Source: Octopus sinensis
Lineage: Eukaryota
DNA: 64,000 bases
Direction of reading: 5' to 3'
Assembly (NCBI RefSeq): GCF_006345805.1
Contig: NC_043010.1
Span: 50,654,001-50,718,000 of the forward strand
A program made the translations under genes and the position numbers. Below the pieces are notes generated by a model. It saw only the letters and a program-made list of their open reading frames with translations, had not been told where the DNA came from and ran no database searches. Each line of letters starts with the position of its first letter. Within the stretch, counting starts at the first letter, position 1. This document shows positions 1 to 12,100 of the stretch, piece by piece.

Positions 1-71
1 TATATGAAGTTTAAAATTTTTTAGTTACCTAGAAATTATGTTAAAAACTGCCGTTCAAACCGAAAAGATCC
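1..71 (+). mobile_element. Right end of GGATC-TIR MITE (family with full copies at 15745, 28036, 59741)
   Basis: Ends in aaaactgccgttcaaaccgaaaagatcc, the reverse complement of the TIR GGATCTTTTCGGTTTGAACGGCAGTTTT seen at other copies. Confidence 0.85.
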
Positions 72-158
72 CACATTTACATATATTTATACATACTTAA
101 ATTCTTCTACTGAAACTTTCTAATATACATAAGCATGCATGTACTCATACATATCATT

Positions 159-189
<31 letters not shown>

Positions 190-383
190 TGCTGCTTTAG
201 TGTAGTGCCATCATGGTGGATGGAGCTCTACTACAAGGCACTTGTACGCACATACATAACACTTCTCTATGGAAGCTTTCTCTGATGTAAATTACATAAA
301 TACATACATATATATATATGTATTTTAAGTTCAGTTATGATAAAACACAATTTTACATTAATCTGATGAAATACTCTTAAACA

Positions 384-490
384 ATAATGTTGATAAACAT
401 CAATTTCAAAGTCTCAGCTTGTTAAGCCATCATCAGGCTTTCTGATGATGGTTCAACTGGTTGAAACTTCAAAGTGACTGTCAACATTAT
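384..490. repeat. Imperfect palindrome whose two arms each start with CTGATGA (hammerhead-core-like)
   Basis: Arms 384-436 and 442-490; plus arm ctgatgatggttcaactggttgaaac, minus arm ctgatgatggcttaacaagctgagac. Confidence 0.6.
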
Positions 491-1552
491 ATATATATAT
501 ATTGGTAAAAACAGTAAGATAACAAAAGAAAGAAAGAGGCCTCAATATTATGTAAATAGAGGAAATTTATCTGTAAAATAATGTGACAATTATTCACTAG
601 CCAAGATAAAACTCTGAGCTTCGGATGCCGAGGTGGAAATCCACAACACCATCTCTTCGGTTATCTGGCCATCTGAAAAGTCACATATTATTTTAGATAT
701 ATATATATATATATATATGCATGTACAGTCACACATTTGGTGCTTTAGTGTGGATCTGCCCATACTACAGCACTACTCGAAAATTCCTTTACGTACATTT
801 ATACACTCTTATGCTCCCATAGTGAAACTTTACCGACTGTCCTTCCAACACACTCCATATTCGGTGGGTTTTTTTTGGGGTGGGGGGTTAGTATACAGAT
901 GCTTACAACAAAACTTAACTCCCCCTCCCTATATTTCCTTGTTATTGTTGAATCAATTTTGACATGCATGGAAGAAGTCATAGCTGTCTATGACTGATTT
1001 TATAAACATTTACAATGAAAATGTTTTAATAAAAATGTTAAACTGAATTTTTGAATTGTGTGAATTCTTATTTGAATAGCTTGGTTATCTCTCTCCCACT
1101 CTTTATATATATATAACAAGCAAAACGCCCCCTGTCCAATGCTGAGTTGTCAAGCATTTAAACCAAATTTTCTCAAAACAACTTGTCCAACCGTCCCATT
1201 ATGTGGCATTATTTCAAGCCACCTGGCTTCTTTTGCGCAAACTGCACATGCATTTTTCTTGTGTATGCGTAGTATCAATTGCAACAGCTGATGTACTTGT
1301 GCATACAATTGCATGTTCCCATGGCTTTATCAATCGCATTCTCACCTGGAATCAATTTTTGTAATTTTTTCAAGACTTATACATGCCCTCATACCATCGG
1401 TATCTACATATCAAATTTGAATGCAATCAGATGGAGGATGCCCGAGATCCTAGATGACACACACACACACAGACAGAATGGATTTAATATAATAGATCTG
1501 TTGGCCAAGAGCTTGAATATTCATCTGCTAATGCCTGAAACAAAGTTTCTAA

Positions 1553-2090
1553 TTATAACAGGGTTTTAAGTTCATGGATGTATACAGCTTCCTCATTAGA
1601 CTTTCTGTAGGGGTAGTACTTACCCATGCTCAGGTTGGCTGTAATCGTTATGGACGGGCTGAAATCCTTGAATATTTTTATTAAGTCCTTCCTGGACTTG
1701 TCCATGACATGGCTGTTCATGTGGCTTGAGATTACCAGGCCATTGTCCCTATAGAGGGCTGACCTATGTGGATGTGTGCTTCTCTTGAGGGTGTCCAAGA
1801 TGAATAACCTGACGAGGTTGGCAATCTCAGCCCTCTTGTAGCTCCCCATAGAGACATTGAGCAGTGGATCACCTTTCTTCACCCAGAAGGAATCGTGGAC
1901 AAGCATTAACTTTCTGGGATTCAAGATTTCTTATACTAGTGAAGTGTTCAACAAAACTTAAGGTCTTCGGTGGGTGGGTGGCGAGGTAGTGTCTTTGGTA
2001 TAGGTGGGTAGAAGCCTGTGATGTTAAACTGGGTGAATCTGCAGGCTGATTTATCCTCGATACTATGGAACCAGTCAATCACAGCTATAC
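1553..2090 (-). mobile_element. Penelope-like retroelement RT fragment (Naiad-type), degenerate
   Basis: Translation ...DSFWVKKGDPLLNVSMGSYKRAEIANLVRLFIL...ALYRDNGL...DKSRKDLIKIFK...GKYYPYRKSNE resembles the PLE RT motifs WVKK/MGSYDGAE/LYRDDGL/YYPYRKPN. Confidence 0.75.
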
Positions 2091-2149
2091 TGGAATCCCA
2101 TTGAGTCAGCCTCATAGCCCTTCTGATGTCGGAGTTGATGGTATTAAGA

Positions 2150-2880
2150 ATAGGTTAGCCGTACCCTTCTATATAAAAGCCCCTCCCCCTGAAGGTCCTA
2201 CGTTTTGCTGAGCAATTCACCAGTACAATTCATGGGCATCTCGATGTCAGAATCCTCATGAATGTCAAAAACAATCCTGGTCCATAATGATTCCTTCTGG
2301 GTGGAGAAAGGTGATCCACAGTACAATGTCCCTATGGAGGGCTACAAGAAGCACACATTCACATAGGTTGGCCCTCTGTAGAGACAACAGCCATGCCATG
2401 GACAAGTTCAGGAAGGATTTAATAAAAATATTTAAGAAATTCAGCCTGTCTGTAACAGTTACCATGGAAGCACATGGCCTAGTTGTTAGAGCAGCGGGTT
2501 CGAATCTCAGACTGAGCGATGAGTGTGTTTATGAGCGAAGCACCTAAGCTCTACACGGCTCCAGCAGAAGGTAATGGTGAACTTCTGACTCTTTCGCCAC
2601 AACTTTCTCTCACTCTTTCCTCCTGCATGTTGCAGCTCACGTTTGTCCCGTCCAGGTGGGGAACCTATACGCCAAGGAAACTGGGAAACTGGCCCTATGA
2701 GCCAGGCATGGCTCAAGAAGGAACAAACAAATAACAGTTACCAGCAACCTGACAATGGTCAATTTCTTGGATGTAACCTTAGATCTGAACATGGGTAAGT
2801 ACTACTCCTACAGAAAGCCTAATGAGGAAACTGTATACATCCACAAGAACTCGAAACCCACTACCCACCACTATAATTAT
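2150..2880 (+). mobile_element. Second PLE RT fragment, inverted relative to the first and interrupted by a SINE
   Basis: Same region as the minus copy (TILVHNDSFWVEKGDP; MDKFRKDLIKIFKKF; aacatgggtaagtactactcctacagaaagcctaatgagg). Confidence 0.75.
2465..2731 (+). mobile_element. tRNA-derived SINE (family C) with 12-bp TSD
   Basis: TSD taacagttacca at 2453-2464 and 2732-2743; body matches the copy at 6803-7096. Confidence 0.85.
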
Positions 2881-2901
2881 AAACCTTGTCTCAGGCATTA
2901 A

Positions 2902-2963
<62 letters not shown>

Positions 2964-2991
2964 GTATATATATATATATATATATATATGT

Positions 2992-3043
<52 letters not shown>

Positions 3044-3713
3044 CATACATGCACACACACATTTATACATTTGGTTGTGTGGTAAGAAATCTGTTTCTCA
3101 ACCACATGGTTTCTGGGTTCAGTCCTACAACATGACACCTTCGACAAGTGTCTTCTACTATAGCCTGAGGCTGACCAAAAGCCTTGTGAGGGAATTTGAT
3201 AGATGGGAACTGAAAGAAACATATATATATATATATTTAAGTGTTTGGAGCATAAGTGAACATGAAATCTTGATGGATGATTTTAATACGTATGGTATTC
3301 TTTAGTGGACAGTTAATGCAAGGGAGATAATCATTTCTGCATAAAACTTGGTGAGATTAGAAATTTAGATTTGAACTTGAGGAATGAGGGGAAAAAATAC
3401 ATAGACTACACATAATCTTTTTTTCTCTTCTTGTTGTTGCTTTCTTATTACAAAGTTCTTAAAGTTTCTAATCAGTGGTGATCATATATAGCATTCATTC
3501 TTTGAAATCATCATCACAACATAACCTAAGATCTATTAACTCTTAATGTCATAAACTGCTCCAATCTGCAGTAGACACTCATTCATGAACCGCTTGAAAA
3601 CGCGTCTCATCACTAGGTACACAAACGGTTTGCACAGAATATGATCCATAACATTTTACAGTCACGTATGCACACAGACGGCTTCGTAAAAGTTATTACA
3701 TTCTAAACATACC

Positions 3714-4090
3714 AGGCGCAGGAGTGGCAGTGTGGTAAGTAGCTTGCTTACCAACCACATGGTTCCGGGTTCAGTCCCACTGCGTGGCACCTTGGGCGAG
3801 TGTCTTCTACTATAGCCTTGGGCTGACCAAAGCCTTTTGAGTGGATTTGGTAGACGGAAACTGAAAGAAGCCCGTCGTATGTATATGTATATGTCTGTGT
3901 TTGTCCCCCCAACATCGCTTGACAACCGATGCTGGTGTGTTTACGTCCCCGTAACTTAGCGGTTCGGCAAAAGAGACCAATAGAATAAGTACTAGGCTTA
4001 CAAAGAATAAGTCCTGGGGTCGATTTGCTCGACTAAAGGTGGTGCTCCAGCATGGCCACAGTCAAATGACTGAAACAAATATAAGAGTAA
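3714..4090 (+). mobile_element. tRNA-derived SINE family A, near full length
   Basis: Head gcaggagtggcagtgtggtaag...ggttcagtccc (A/B boxes), conserved body (ccaaagccttgtgagtggatttggtagacggaaactgaaagaagccc), tail aagagtaaaa; a partial copy lies at 3064-3225. Confidence 0.9.
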
Positions 4091-4199
4091 AATACCAACC
4101 TGTTTTTAGTCTCTTGCCGAATCCTTCTATGAACCAGGATTTAAAACACAGATAACTGTACATGAGAGTAAGAGTTAAAGCAGAAAGTTTGTGTTTCAG

Positions 4200-4520
4200 A
4201 GCCAGGGGTGATCTCAGGTGGGTTGGTATTAAAAGGGGGTTAAACAGAACATCAATCTCGCAAGTTTAGGAAGGCTGCCGAAGACAGGCATTGCCTTACT
4301 TCCTTTTGACTAAATTTAAAACAAAAGAAATTTCAAATCTCTCTCTGCAGCAGCAATGGATGAAAATAGTACATCCACAGGAGTGACAGCATTCCCAATT
4401 GTCCATTTCAGGTGTAGCTTAGAATATCTGACATCCTTCCCAATCTCAACCTCATGGACCTTATTAACATACCCGTAGTTCCTAAAATCCATTTTCATTA
4501 TGTATTTGTAATTCTGCGGA
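4200..4520 (-). mobile_element. Possible decayed PLE/LINE RT fragment
   Basis: MDFRNYGYVNKVHE...NAVTPVDVLFSSIAAAERDLKFLLF loosely resembles the RT motif D-V-x-x-L-F/Y-x-S-I; contains stops. Confidence 0.3.
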
Positions 4521-4949
4521 AAACATTTGGGTGCAGGCATAGCTGTAGGTACATACATGGATAGGTGTATGGTTAAGAAATTTGCTTCCCAACCGGGTGG
4601 TTTCAGGTTCAGTCCTACTGCATGGTATCTTAGTGGGAGGGAATTTGTTACATGGAAAATGAAAGAAGCTTGATACAAATTCCAGTCTTTGATCATATAA
4701 TATATATATATATTATATTTTCTAGATGGTGTAATATATATATATATTATATATATATATATATACATATTATATTTTCTAGATGGTGTAATTTAATTGT
4801 TCATTTTGAATTGATAAAAGGTGGTTTTTTTCAAAATTTTTTATATATATATTATATTGTGTGAAATTTGATATAGTATTTCTAAATTGAATTTTTTTTC
4901 CTTGTAAGTTTGGATTTTATTCCCTCAAATAATAAAAAAATATATATAT

Positions 4950-4997
<48 letters not shown>

Positions 4998-5634
4998 ACA
5001 TATATTTTAAATCAAAGACTGGAATTTATAGTATTATTTTTAATTCTGTACTACATTTAAAAAAATTATATCTTAAACTCCAGTCTTTGATTTAATGCAT
5101 TCTTACTAAGCAGCCACATACTTGGCCTGGAATCTCAGCTTGCATGGATAGTTTTATTCTTAAAGATAAATAATTTAAAGGTATGTAATTGATTGTCAGT
5201 ATTACAGAAATGCTTCCTGAGAATACAGCTTGACTTTTCATCCCTTTTACTTGCTATACACAAACACATCATCATCATAATTTAACATCTGTTTTCCATG
5301 CTGGCATGGGTTAGATGGTTTCACTGATACTAGTAAGCCAGAGAACTGCACACACTCCAGTCATCTGCTGGACGTTCTTCCTAATGCCGACCACTTTACA
5401 GAGTGTACTGGGTATTTTTTACAGGTCACTGGCACAAGCGCACACGCATACATATAAAACAATGTATATATGCAGTGTGCTTACATAATGGTTGTAAATG
5501 GGCATCACCATCATATAAGCAGTGTCATTCATTTCTAGTTTTCTATGAAAATATATCAAGCAACAATGAAATTTTACCTTACTTAGAAACGTTGACAACT
5601 GAAAGGACAACCAATTGTAGAAAATGTTGTAGAA

Positions 5635-5852
5635 AAGGCGGCGAGCTGGCAGAAATGCTTAGTGGTATTTCGTCTGCAGCTACATTCTGAGTTCAAATTC
5701 TGCCGAGGTCGACTTTGCCTTTCATCCTTTCGGGGTGAATTAAATAAGTACCAGTTACGCATTGGGGTCGATGTAATCGACTTAATCTGTTTGTCTTTCC
5801 TTGTTTGTCCCCTCTGTGTGTAGCCCCTTGTGGGCAGTAAAGAAATAAGAAA
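5635..5852 (+). mobile_element. tRNA-derived SINE family B (MetaSINE-like core)
   Basis: aaggcggcgagctggcagaa head, gagttcaaattc B-box, core gtcgactttgcctttcatcctttcggggt...aagtaccagttacgca. Confidence 0.85.
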
Positions 5853-5917
5853 ATGTGCTTCAACAAATTCTACCTTACTCATGCAAGCATAGAAAAGAAA
5901 TCATTAAATTATGATGA

Positions 5918-6106
5918 ACACACTGGAAAGTCCTCTCACTGGTGTGAGTTTTACATGGGTATTTTGAAGTGGTAGGTCTATGAAGAGCTCTTTCTAGAGG
6001 TTGAACAATGGTATGGGGCTTCTCTTCTGCGTGTTCTGCTTTTTGATTCACTCAAGTTCAGCCCTCCAACTTCACAATACTTTTTAATTTCCTTTGAAGA
6101 ATCCAT
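5918..6106 (-). pseudogene. Decayed partial copy of the adjacent C2H2 zinc-finger gene
   Basis: Aligns to ~8975-9175; translates MDSSKEIKKYCEVGGLNLSESKSRTRRREAPYHCSTSRKSSS* versus MDSSKEIKNFCEVCGLNLSEASSLKRH...; Cys losses, a deletion and a stop. Confidence 0.85.
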
Positions 6107-6482
6107 TTAAATAAGATAACTTCATTCCGAGTTTTAAATTAACATGACAATTATTGAAATGTTACACCATCATTGTTATTTCAATGTTCAATTGCTCATG
6201 CTTGCATGAGTCAAGTGGAATTTGTTAAGGCAAATTCTATATAACAGGATGCCCTTGTTGCCAACCCTAACCCATTTCCAAGCAAGGTGATATTTCCCTA
6301 TAACCAGACACTTTCATGAAAGTTTAGAAATGAATTGTTTGTTGGTGACACACGTTTACAATTATAGAGCAATGTCAAGCAGACACAAACACATATAATA
6401 TATATATAGTAGTAGTAGTAGTAACAGAAAAGAGGAATTTCGATTATCCCCACGTGGTGAGTTGTAATGTATATAAGAAATA

Positions 6483-6697
6483 AAAAAGGAAAATTTGCAC
6501 ACTTATACAGTTTTAATATAATTTTTAATATATCGACCGGTTTCGCTATCGCTATTCATGATATTATGTTTTACTTATTTGAATATATATTCAAATAAGT
6601 AAAACATAATATCATGAATAGCGATAGTGAAACCAGTCGATATATTAAAAATTATATTAAAACTATGTAAGTGTAAGTGTGCATATTTTCCTTTTTT
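6483..6697. repeat. Near-perfect loopless palindrome, ~200 bp
   Basis: Centre gaatat|atattc at 6586/6587; core 6510-6663 has about 2 mismatches. Confidence 0.95.
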
Positions 6698-6802
6698 TAT
6701 ATATATATGTGCATGTGTGTGTGTATAAGCATATATATATATATACACACACACACACAAATGTATAGATACATATATGTGTGTGTATATATATATATAT
6801 AT

Positions 6803-7096
6803 GTTTGTTCCTTCTTGAATCATGCCTGGCTCATAGGGCCGGTTTCCTTGACGTATAGGTTCCCCACCTGGACGTGACACTGGTCCATCACAGGTGAGCT
6901 GCAAGATGCAGGAGGAAAGAGTGAGAGAAAGTTGTGGTGAAAGAGCCAACAGAAGTTCGCCATTACCTTCTGCTGGAGCCGCGTGGAGCGTAGGTGTTTT
7001 GCTCACAAACACACATATCACCCGGTCTGAAATTCGAACCAGCGATCCCTCAACCGCGAGTCTGCTGCTCTAACCACTAGGCCATGAGCCTCCACC
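6803..7096 (-). mobile_element. SINE family C with tRNA-Arg-like head
   Basis: Reverse strand ggaggctcatggcctagtggttagagcagcagactcgcggttgagggatcgctggttcgaatttc, then the same body as 2465-2731. Confidence 0.85.
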
Positions 7097-8623
7097 TTTA
7101 TATGTGTGTGTGTGTGTGTGTATGTATGTATATATACATACACACATACATATTTGTATATATATTCTTACTCTGTGATAAATTACCCCTCAGAGGGGAA
7201 CTTTTCCCACCGTTCATTCATTCATGTATGCATGCATGTATGTAACCAATAGGCTTCTTTCAGTTTCCATTTACCAAATCTATTCATAAAATTCTGGTTG
7301 GCCTGAAGCTGTAGTAGAAAACACTTGCCCCAAGCTGCCATGAAGTTTGGGAAGCAAACTTCTTAACTATGCACTGAAATAATCAAGGGTCAAGTAGAAG
7401 ACCATCTGTCCATCTGTATCCAGACAAAATCATATATTGACATACACATACTCACAGGATTTTAAAAACAGTTACACAAAATAATATAACTTTTTACTAT
7501 GATATCAGTTTGGAGTATATTTACTGAAATCAGAAAAAGGTACATACACAGATGTGCGCACATACTCTTTTGACATTGTTGCATACAAGCATGGCTAGGA
7601 CACAATAATATTGATTGCTTTCGACAAGGCACAAGGCCGAATGTTTCATTTGTGGTAGTCAATTAAATTGATTGCAATATATTACTGGCACTTATTTTAA
7701 CAACCTGAGTAGGAATTCAACAGTGAAAAGTGAGGTATTAAACCAGCAACATTAAAGCATTCAATCTGAAATTTTTCAGTCTCATCCATTTCCATGATTC
7801 TCAAGAAATAACATAATTAAAGCACCAGAGTCATGAATTCTAAGAAATGCTACCAGAAGCAAATATAAGAACCAGCCACATATAAAATACTTAAGTCATC
7901 AAAACTACTAGATTTCCTATGAATTTAAAACAATTGTTTCACAGAAATCTTCACTCCACCACAGATTTGTTCTTGTGGTGCACTGCTACAAAATATACAA
8001 CCACCAAACCTCATCAATAAAATATTCACCATCAAAATTTCTCTATGACTCCTAAAAGGTGATTGCTTCATATATAGTTTCAAATCTCATAAAATTTATA
8101 TATTTCTCAACAATATTCAATATTCATGTGATATGTATTTTTGTTTCAAATTAATGAATATTAAAAAAATTTCAGTCATTGGCAGGTTTTTAAAAAAAAA
8201 ATGATTGCTTTCTTTTTAAAGTTCTGTTTGTTACTTTAAAAAGTAAAAAATAACATTAAAAAGTCACATGTTATCTACAAGACACCTTATTCAAAGATGG
8301 ACATGACTCTTGTGTAATTCATTTCCTGAAACTCTGTTGATGCTCTTTGGCTGCTATCTCATCTTAGAACAATTACATAGTAAGTTGGAGTGATTTCTTC
8401 ATAACCTCGTCTTAATATGTGCTCATAATATAATTCACATATATATATTATCTTCTCATAACATAATCTCAGGTTAATCTTTTCTGAAAAAAGACATAAA
8501 CATACTTAAATATTTTTCTGTTAACTGGTGTTAGACCAATTCCTAGTATGCTATTCAATATATTTTTACCTTTCCACAGATACCATGAACTTCTCTGATG
8601 TTTTGAATTCTTTTTTTGATCTA

Positions 8624-9175
8624 CTAGAAAATTTCTTTCCATACTTCTAAATTTGCTTTATTTGCATGAGAATTCATGTGGATTTGTAAAGATTTGTCCT
8701 CTGAGAACTCGCTCCCACATATCAAGCAGTAGTACTGTTCGTCTTTTGAACTTGTCTTGCTGGACAGCTTTGTTGATGTGTCTGTCTTTGGACTTTCTGG
8801 CAAATCACAGTCGGATACAGCTTTTTTCATGTGCATGAAAATATGTGAGTCTAACTGTGATTTTTTAGAAAATTTCTTTTCACAAAAGTGACACTGGTAA
8901 GGTCTCTCGCCCGTATGTATTCGTTTGTGAATTTTGCAACTGTAATTCTGTGAGAAAGATTTCTTACATATATCACACTGGAATGGTCGCTCACCCGTGT
9001 GAGTACGCATGTGTATTTTAAGGCTGTAGTTCTGTGAAAAGCTCTTCCCACATGTTGAACAATGGTACGGCGTCTCCCCTGTGTGTGTTCGTATGTGTCT
9101 TTTAAGGCTACTCGCTTCACTCAAGTTCAGTCCACAAACTTCACAGAAGTTTTTAATTTCCTTTGAAGAATCCAT
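8624..9175 (-). CDS. C2H2 zinc-finger protein, 183 aa, 5 fingers (4 tandem + 1 C-terminal)
   Basis: CX2CX12HX3H repeats with TGETP/TGERP linkers; first in-frame ATG at 9175 (in-frame TGA upstream at 9289-9287); splice acceptor tttcag at 9454-9459 on minus suggests a 5'UTR intron. Confidence 0.9.
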   Translation of the reverse strand: MDSSKEIKNFCEVCGLNLSEASSLKRHIRTHTGETPYHCSTCGKSFSQNYSLKIHMRTHTGERPFQCDICKKSFSQNYSCKIHKRIHTGERPYQCHFCEKKFSKKSQLDSHIFMHMKKAVSDCDLPESPKTDTSTKLSSKTSSKDEQYYCLICGSEFSEDKSLQIHMNSHANKANLEVWKEIF

Positions 9176-12100
9176 TCCAAGCTTAGCTGAAGTTTTCAAA
9201 AGTTCACAATTTTTAAATCTTAAAATAAGATTAGATGTGCTGGATTGGTTACCGGAGATAACAGCAAGATACACAACTAAACAAATTCAAATACTTTTTA
9301 ATCAGTCTTTCCTTCAGGCGGGGTTTTCTTTGACTTATGCTCCATCATAACTTTAAGGGATTGTCAAAACTTCAGTAGACATTTTGACGTTGATATGTTG
9401 TAGATTACTGAGATAGGCGAACACTTCTTAAAGTAAGACCAGACATGTTAAACCTGAAAGTAAATTAAACAAAAAATTAACATATAATATAAATAGCTTC
9501 ATTTCTAATCGAACACCACCACCACCACCGACAATGTTATGATTACACTATAATAGTGTGTGTGTGTGAAAGAGAGAAAGAACTTTTGTGTAGCCACTCA
9601 GCATGTTAGAAACAGCAGCTACATCTTCCTCAAACTGTACTTTACTATTTTGAAAAAAAGAAGGGCACACTGAATGATGCAGTCCTAGATTCATTATGTA
9701 AAACCAGGAAGTAAATTAAACTGGGTTCCTTCATAATCTACTATGATCACCACATTACACAAGTATCTACGTTGTCGCTAAAAGTAGCAGCCAAATCTCT
9801 CTAAAATTGTACGCTACAATTTAAAAAAAATAATGGACATACTGAATAAAGTGACTTCTGACACACTGTATCTGAAAAGAGGGACGGTCACAGTTAGAAT
9901 AGCTTTCATTATAGGTAAGAGTTGATATGGGGCTAAACAACGCTGAGCCAACAAGGGAGTTCCTATATACCTGCTTGATCTGTTACAAGTAGCAGTAAAA
10001 TCTCTCTTCAATCAGGTCTTACTTCAATAAAGTAATATGACAAGGGAGGATACTCCTAGATACACTGTACGAAATAAAAGACGTGATGGTCACAACTAGA
10101 AAGTCTTTGGAAAGTACGAATCAAAGTCGCGAGAGGCCTCTAAGTGATCGCTTGACCTGCAAGAGATAGCAACCAATCCCCTCTCAAACCGCACCCTACC
10201 GTTAAAAAACAACACAGATGGATGCGTACGATAATGTAGATACTAGATACTATGCCAGAAGAAAAGATGGGATGGTATAGGCATGGCAGGAATGCGATCT
10301 GTTTGCTCGATCAGAAGAAACAAAATGAAGCAAATCTAATTCATTCAATCAAAATATCGCGTAACCAATGTTTCAACCGAATTGTCAATAAGTCTCTGAT
10401 ACGTTATGACTGCATACATTTAGTTTACCTAAAACGAACGTACATCCAATCTTGGACTAACAACAAATGCCTACATGCAGAGCACAGTTACAACTCCTTA
10501 TACACGCGCGCGTGCATTGGGATTTCAGTTTCTTAAACAGTTTGTTTGGTGAAACTTTAAGTCCCAATCAAAATGGGTTTTATAATAGATTTTGTTCAAA
10601 TTTTTAGCATTAAGTTCTTCCCTCCACATCATCTGTGAATGTTCTGTTGTTATTCTTACAATCCTACAAAATCATTTTAAACAACCTATTACCCCTACGA
10701 AGAAAAACAAATTGACATACACACAAATGCGCGTGCGACACACAAAAAGAAAACGAGTTTTATCTGACGACTAGTTTAAAAAAAAAAGTTAGCGCTCTTT
10801 TTAATTACTATTTATTTTTATTGTGGTACGAAGCTAAATTTATAGGAGTAATAAAGCGGAAGAATCTATACGCAAAATTGCTGGTACTGGCTTTAATCTT
10901 CCTGCCTACCGAAGTTATATATAAAAACAAAAAAAGCAGTCGATCCCACCCACCAGTCGGACTGAATTAAAAACAACGAAACATCGACACAGATGTAACA
11001 CATCAAGTACAGTACTATAAGCCTCTCAGCCTTACACCCATCAAATATTTAATTACGCATATAACGAATATTTATTATTATTATTACATAAATATATATT
11101 TTAATTATATGTAAACAAAGCATACGCAACATCACAGCAATACGAGATGAAGTGGAGAAAATATATAGAATTTACAAGTAGTGATCGAATTCAGTTTTTT
11201 AAAATAAAAAGTCTTTGAGGAAAATTCGTGCATTCAGTAAAGAAAAACACAGGTAAAGAGATGTTAACTAACCGACAAGAACCTGTTTGTTAATCTGTTG
11301 ACGCTGAGAAAGATCAGAAGATGTAAAATTCAGTTGTTGCAGAATGACGATACGAAACTACCAAAAAGGCTAATAAAGTCGCGTCAGCAATAAGAAGAAA
11401 AACTACTAATTAGTTCTAAAAATATATTATAATTGAATTTAGTAATTTTGAGAAACAGATACTGACCAGAGAGGAAAATTATGTTTATTTTAAACCATTC
11501 AAGTAATTAGGGGCTAGGGGTATCTAACGGTAGTTTCGTAAATCATAAAATTACTTTTTGTGTTTGTCTTAGTATTCTGTTATAATTCCATACAAGAATA
11601 TTAAAAGGTCCTTAGTACTTCACTATTTTATCGACCTCAGAATGAGCAAAAACAAAGTCAATCTCAGCGGGATTTGAACTCAAAACATAAAGGGACATAA
11701 CTAAATATGTTCCATGTATTGATTTTACCACCGTATGTGTTGTGTTTTATGCTGCATAGCAACAACACTGGATTAGATGAGATTGGTGTAGTTATGATTG
11801 AGCACTGAAAACAAAATAGCTGCATCGATTAGCTATTGTTGTCAAGTAGTTCAAGCTTGTCGTTGTTAAATTCCAGTCAACGTCGACCAAACAAATGTAT
11901 GATCCGAAACATCACTCTTTATTTTCAATCGCTGTTATAAGGGCTTCTGACCCCCCCACCCTCCCGGTGCTTCTCGACCCACTCGTCTCTCCACCTCTTG
12001 TTATCCTTATTTCGTCCATCATCACCCTGCCACCCGGCACTAACTACTATGTCTAGTCTTTCCTTCTCAGAACAACATCCTTCTGGAATCTCCTCTCTGC

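Noticed and set aside
7020-7096. tRNA-Arg-like sequence (and tRNA-like heads at 39743 and 61020-61095)
   Set aside because: Cloverleaf incomplete and continues into a SINE body; SINE heads rather than tRNA genes
9176-9274. N-terminal extension of the ZNF ORF in the supplied track
   Set aside because: Begins at GTG; the first ATG is at 9175, matching the start of the pseudogene copy
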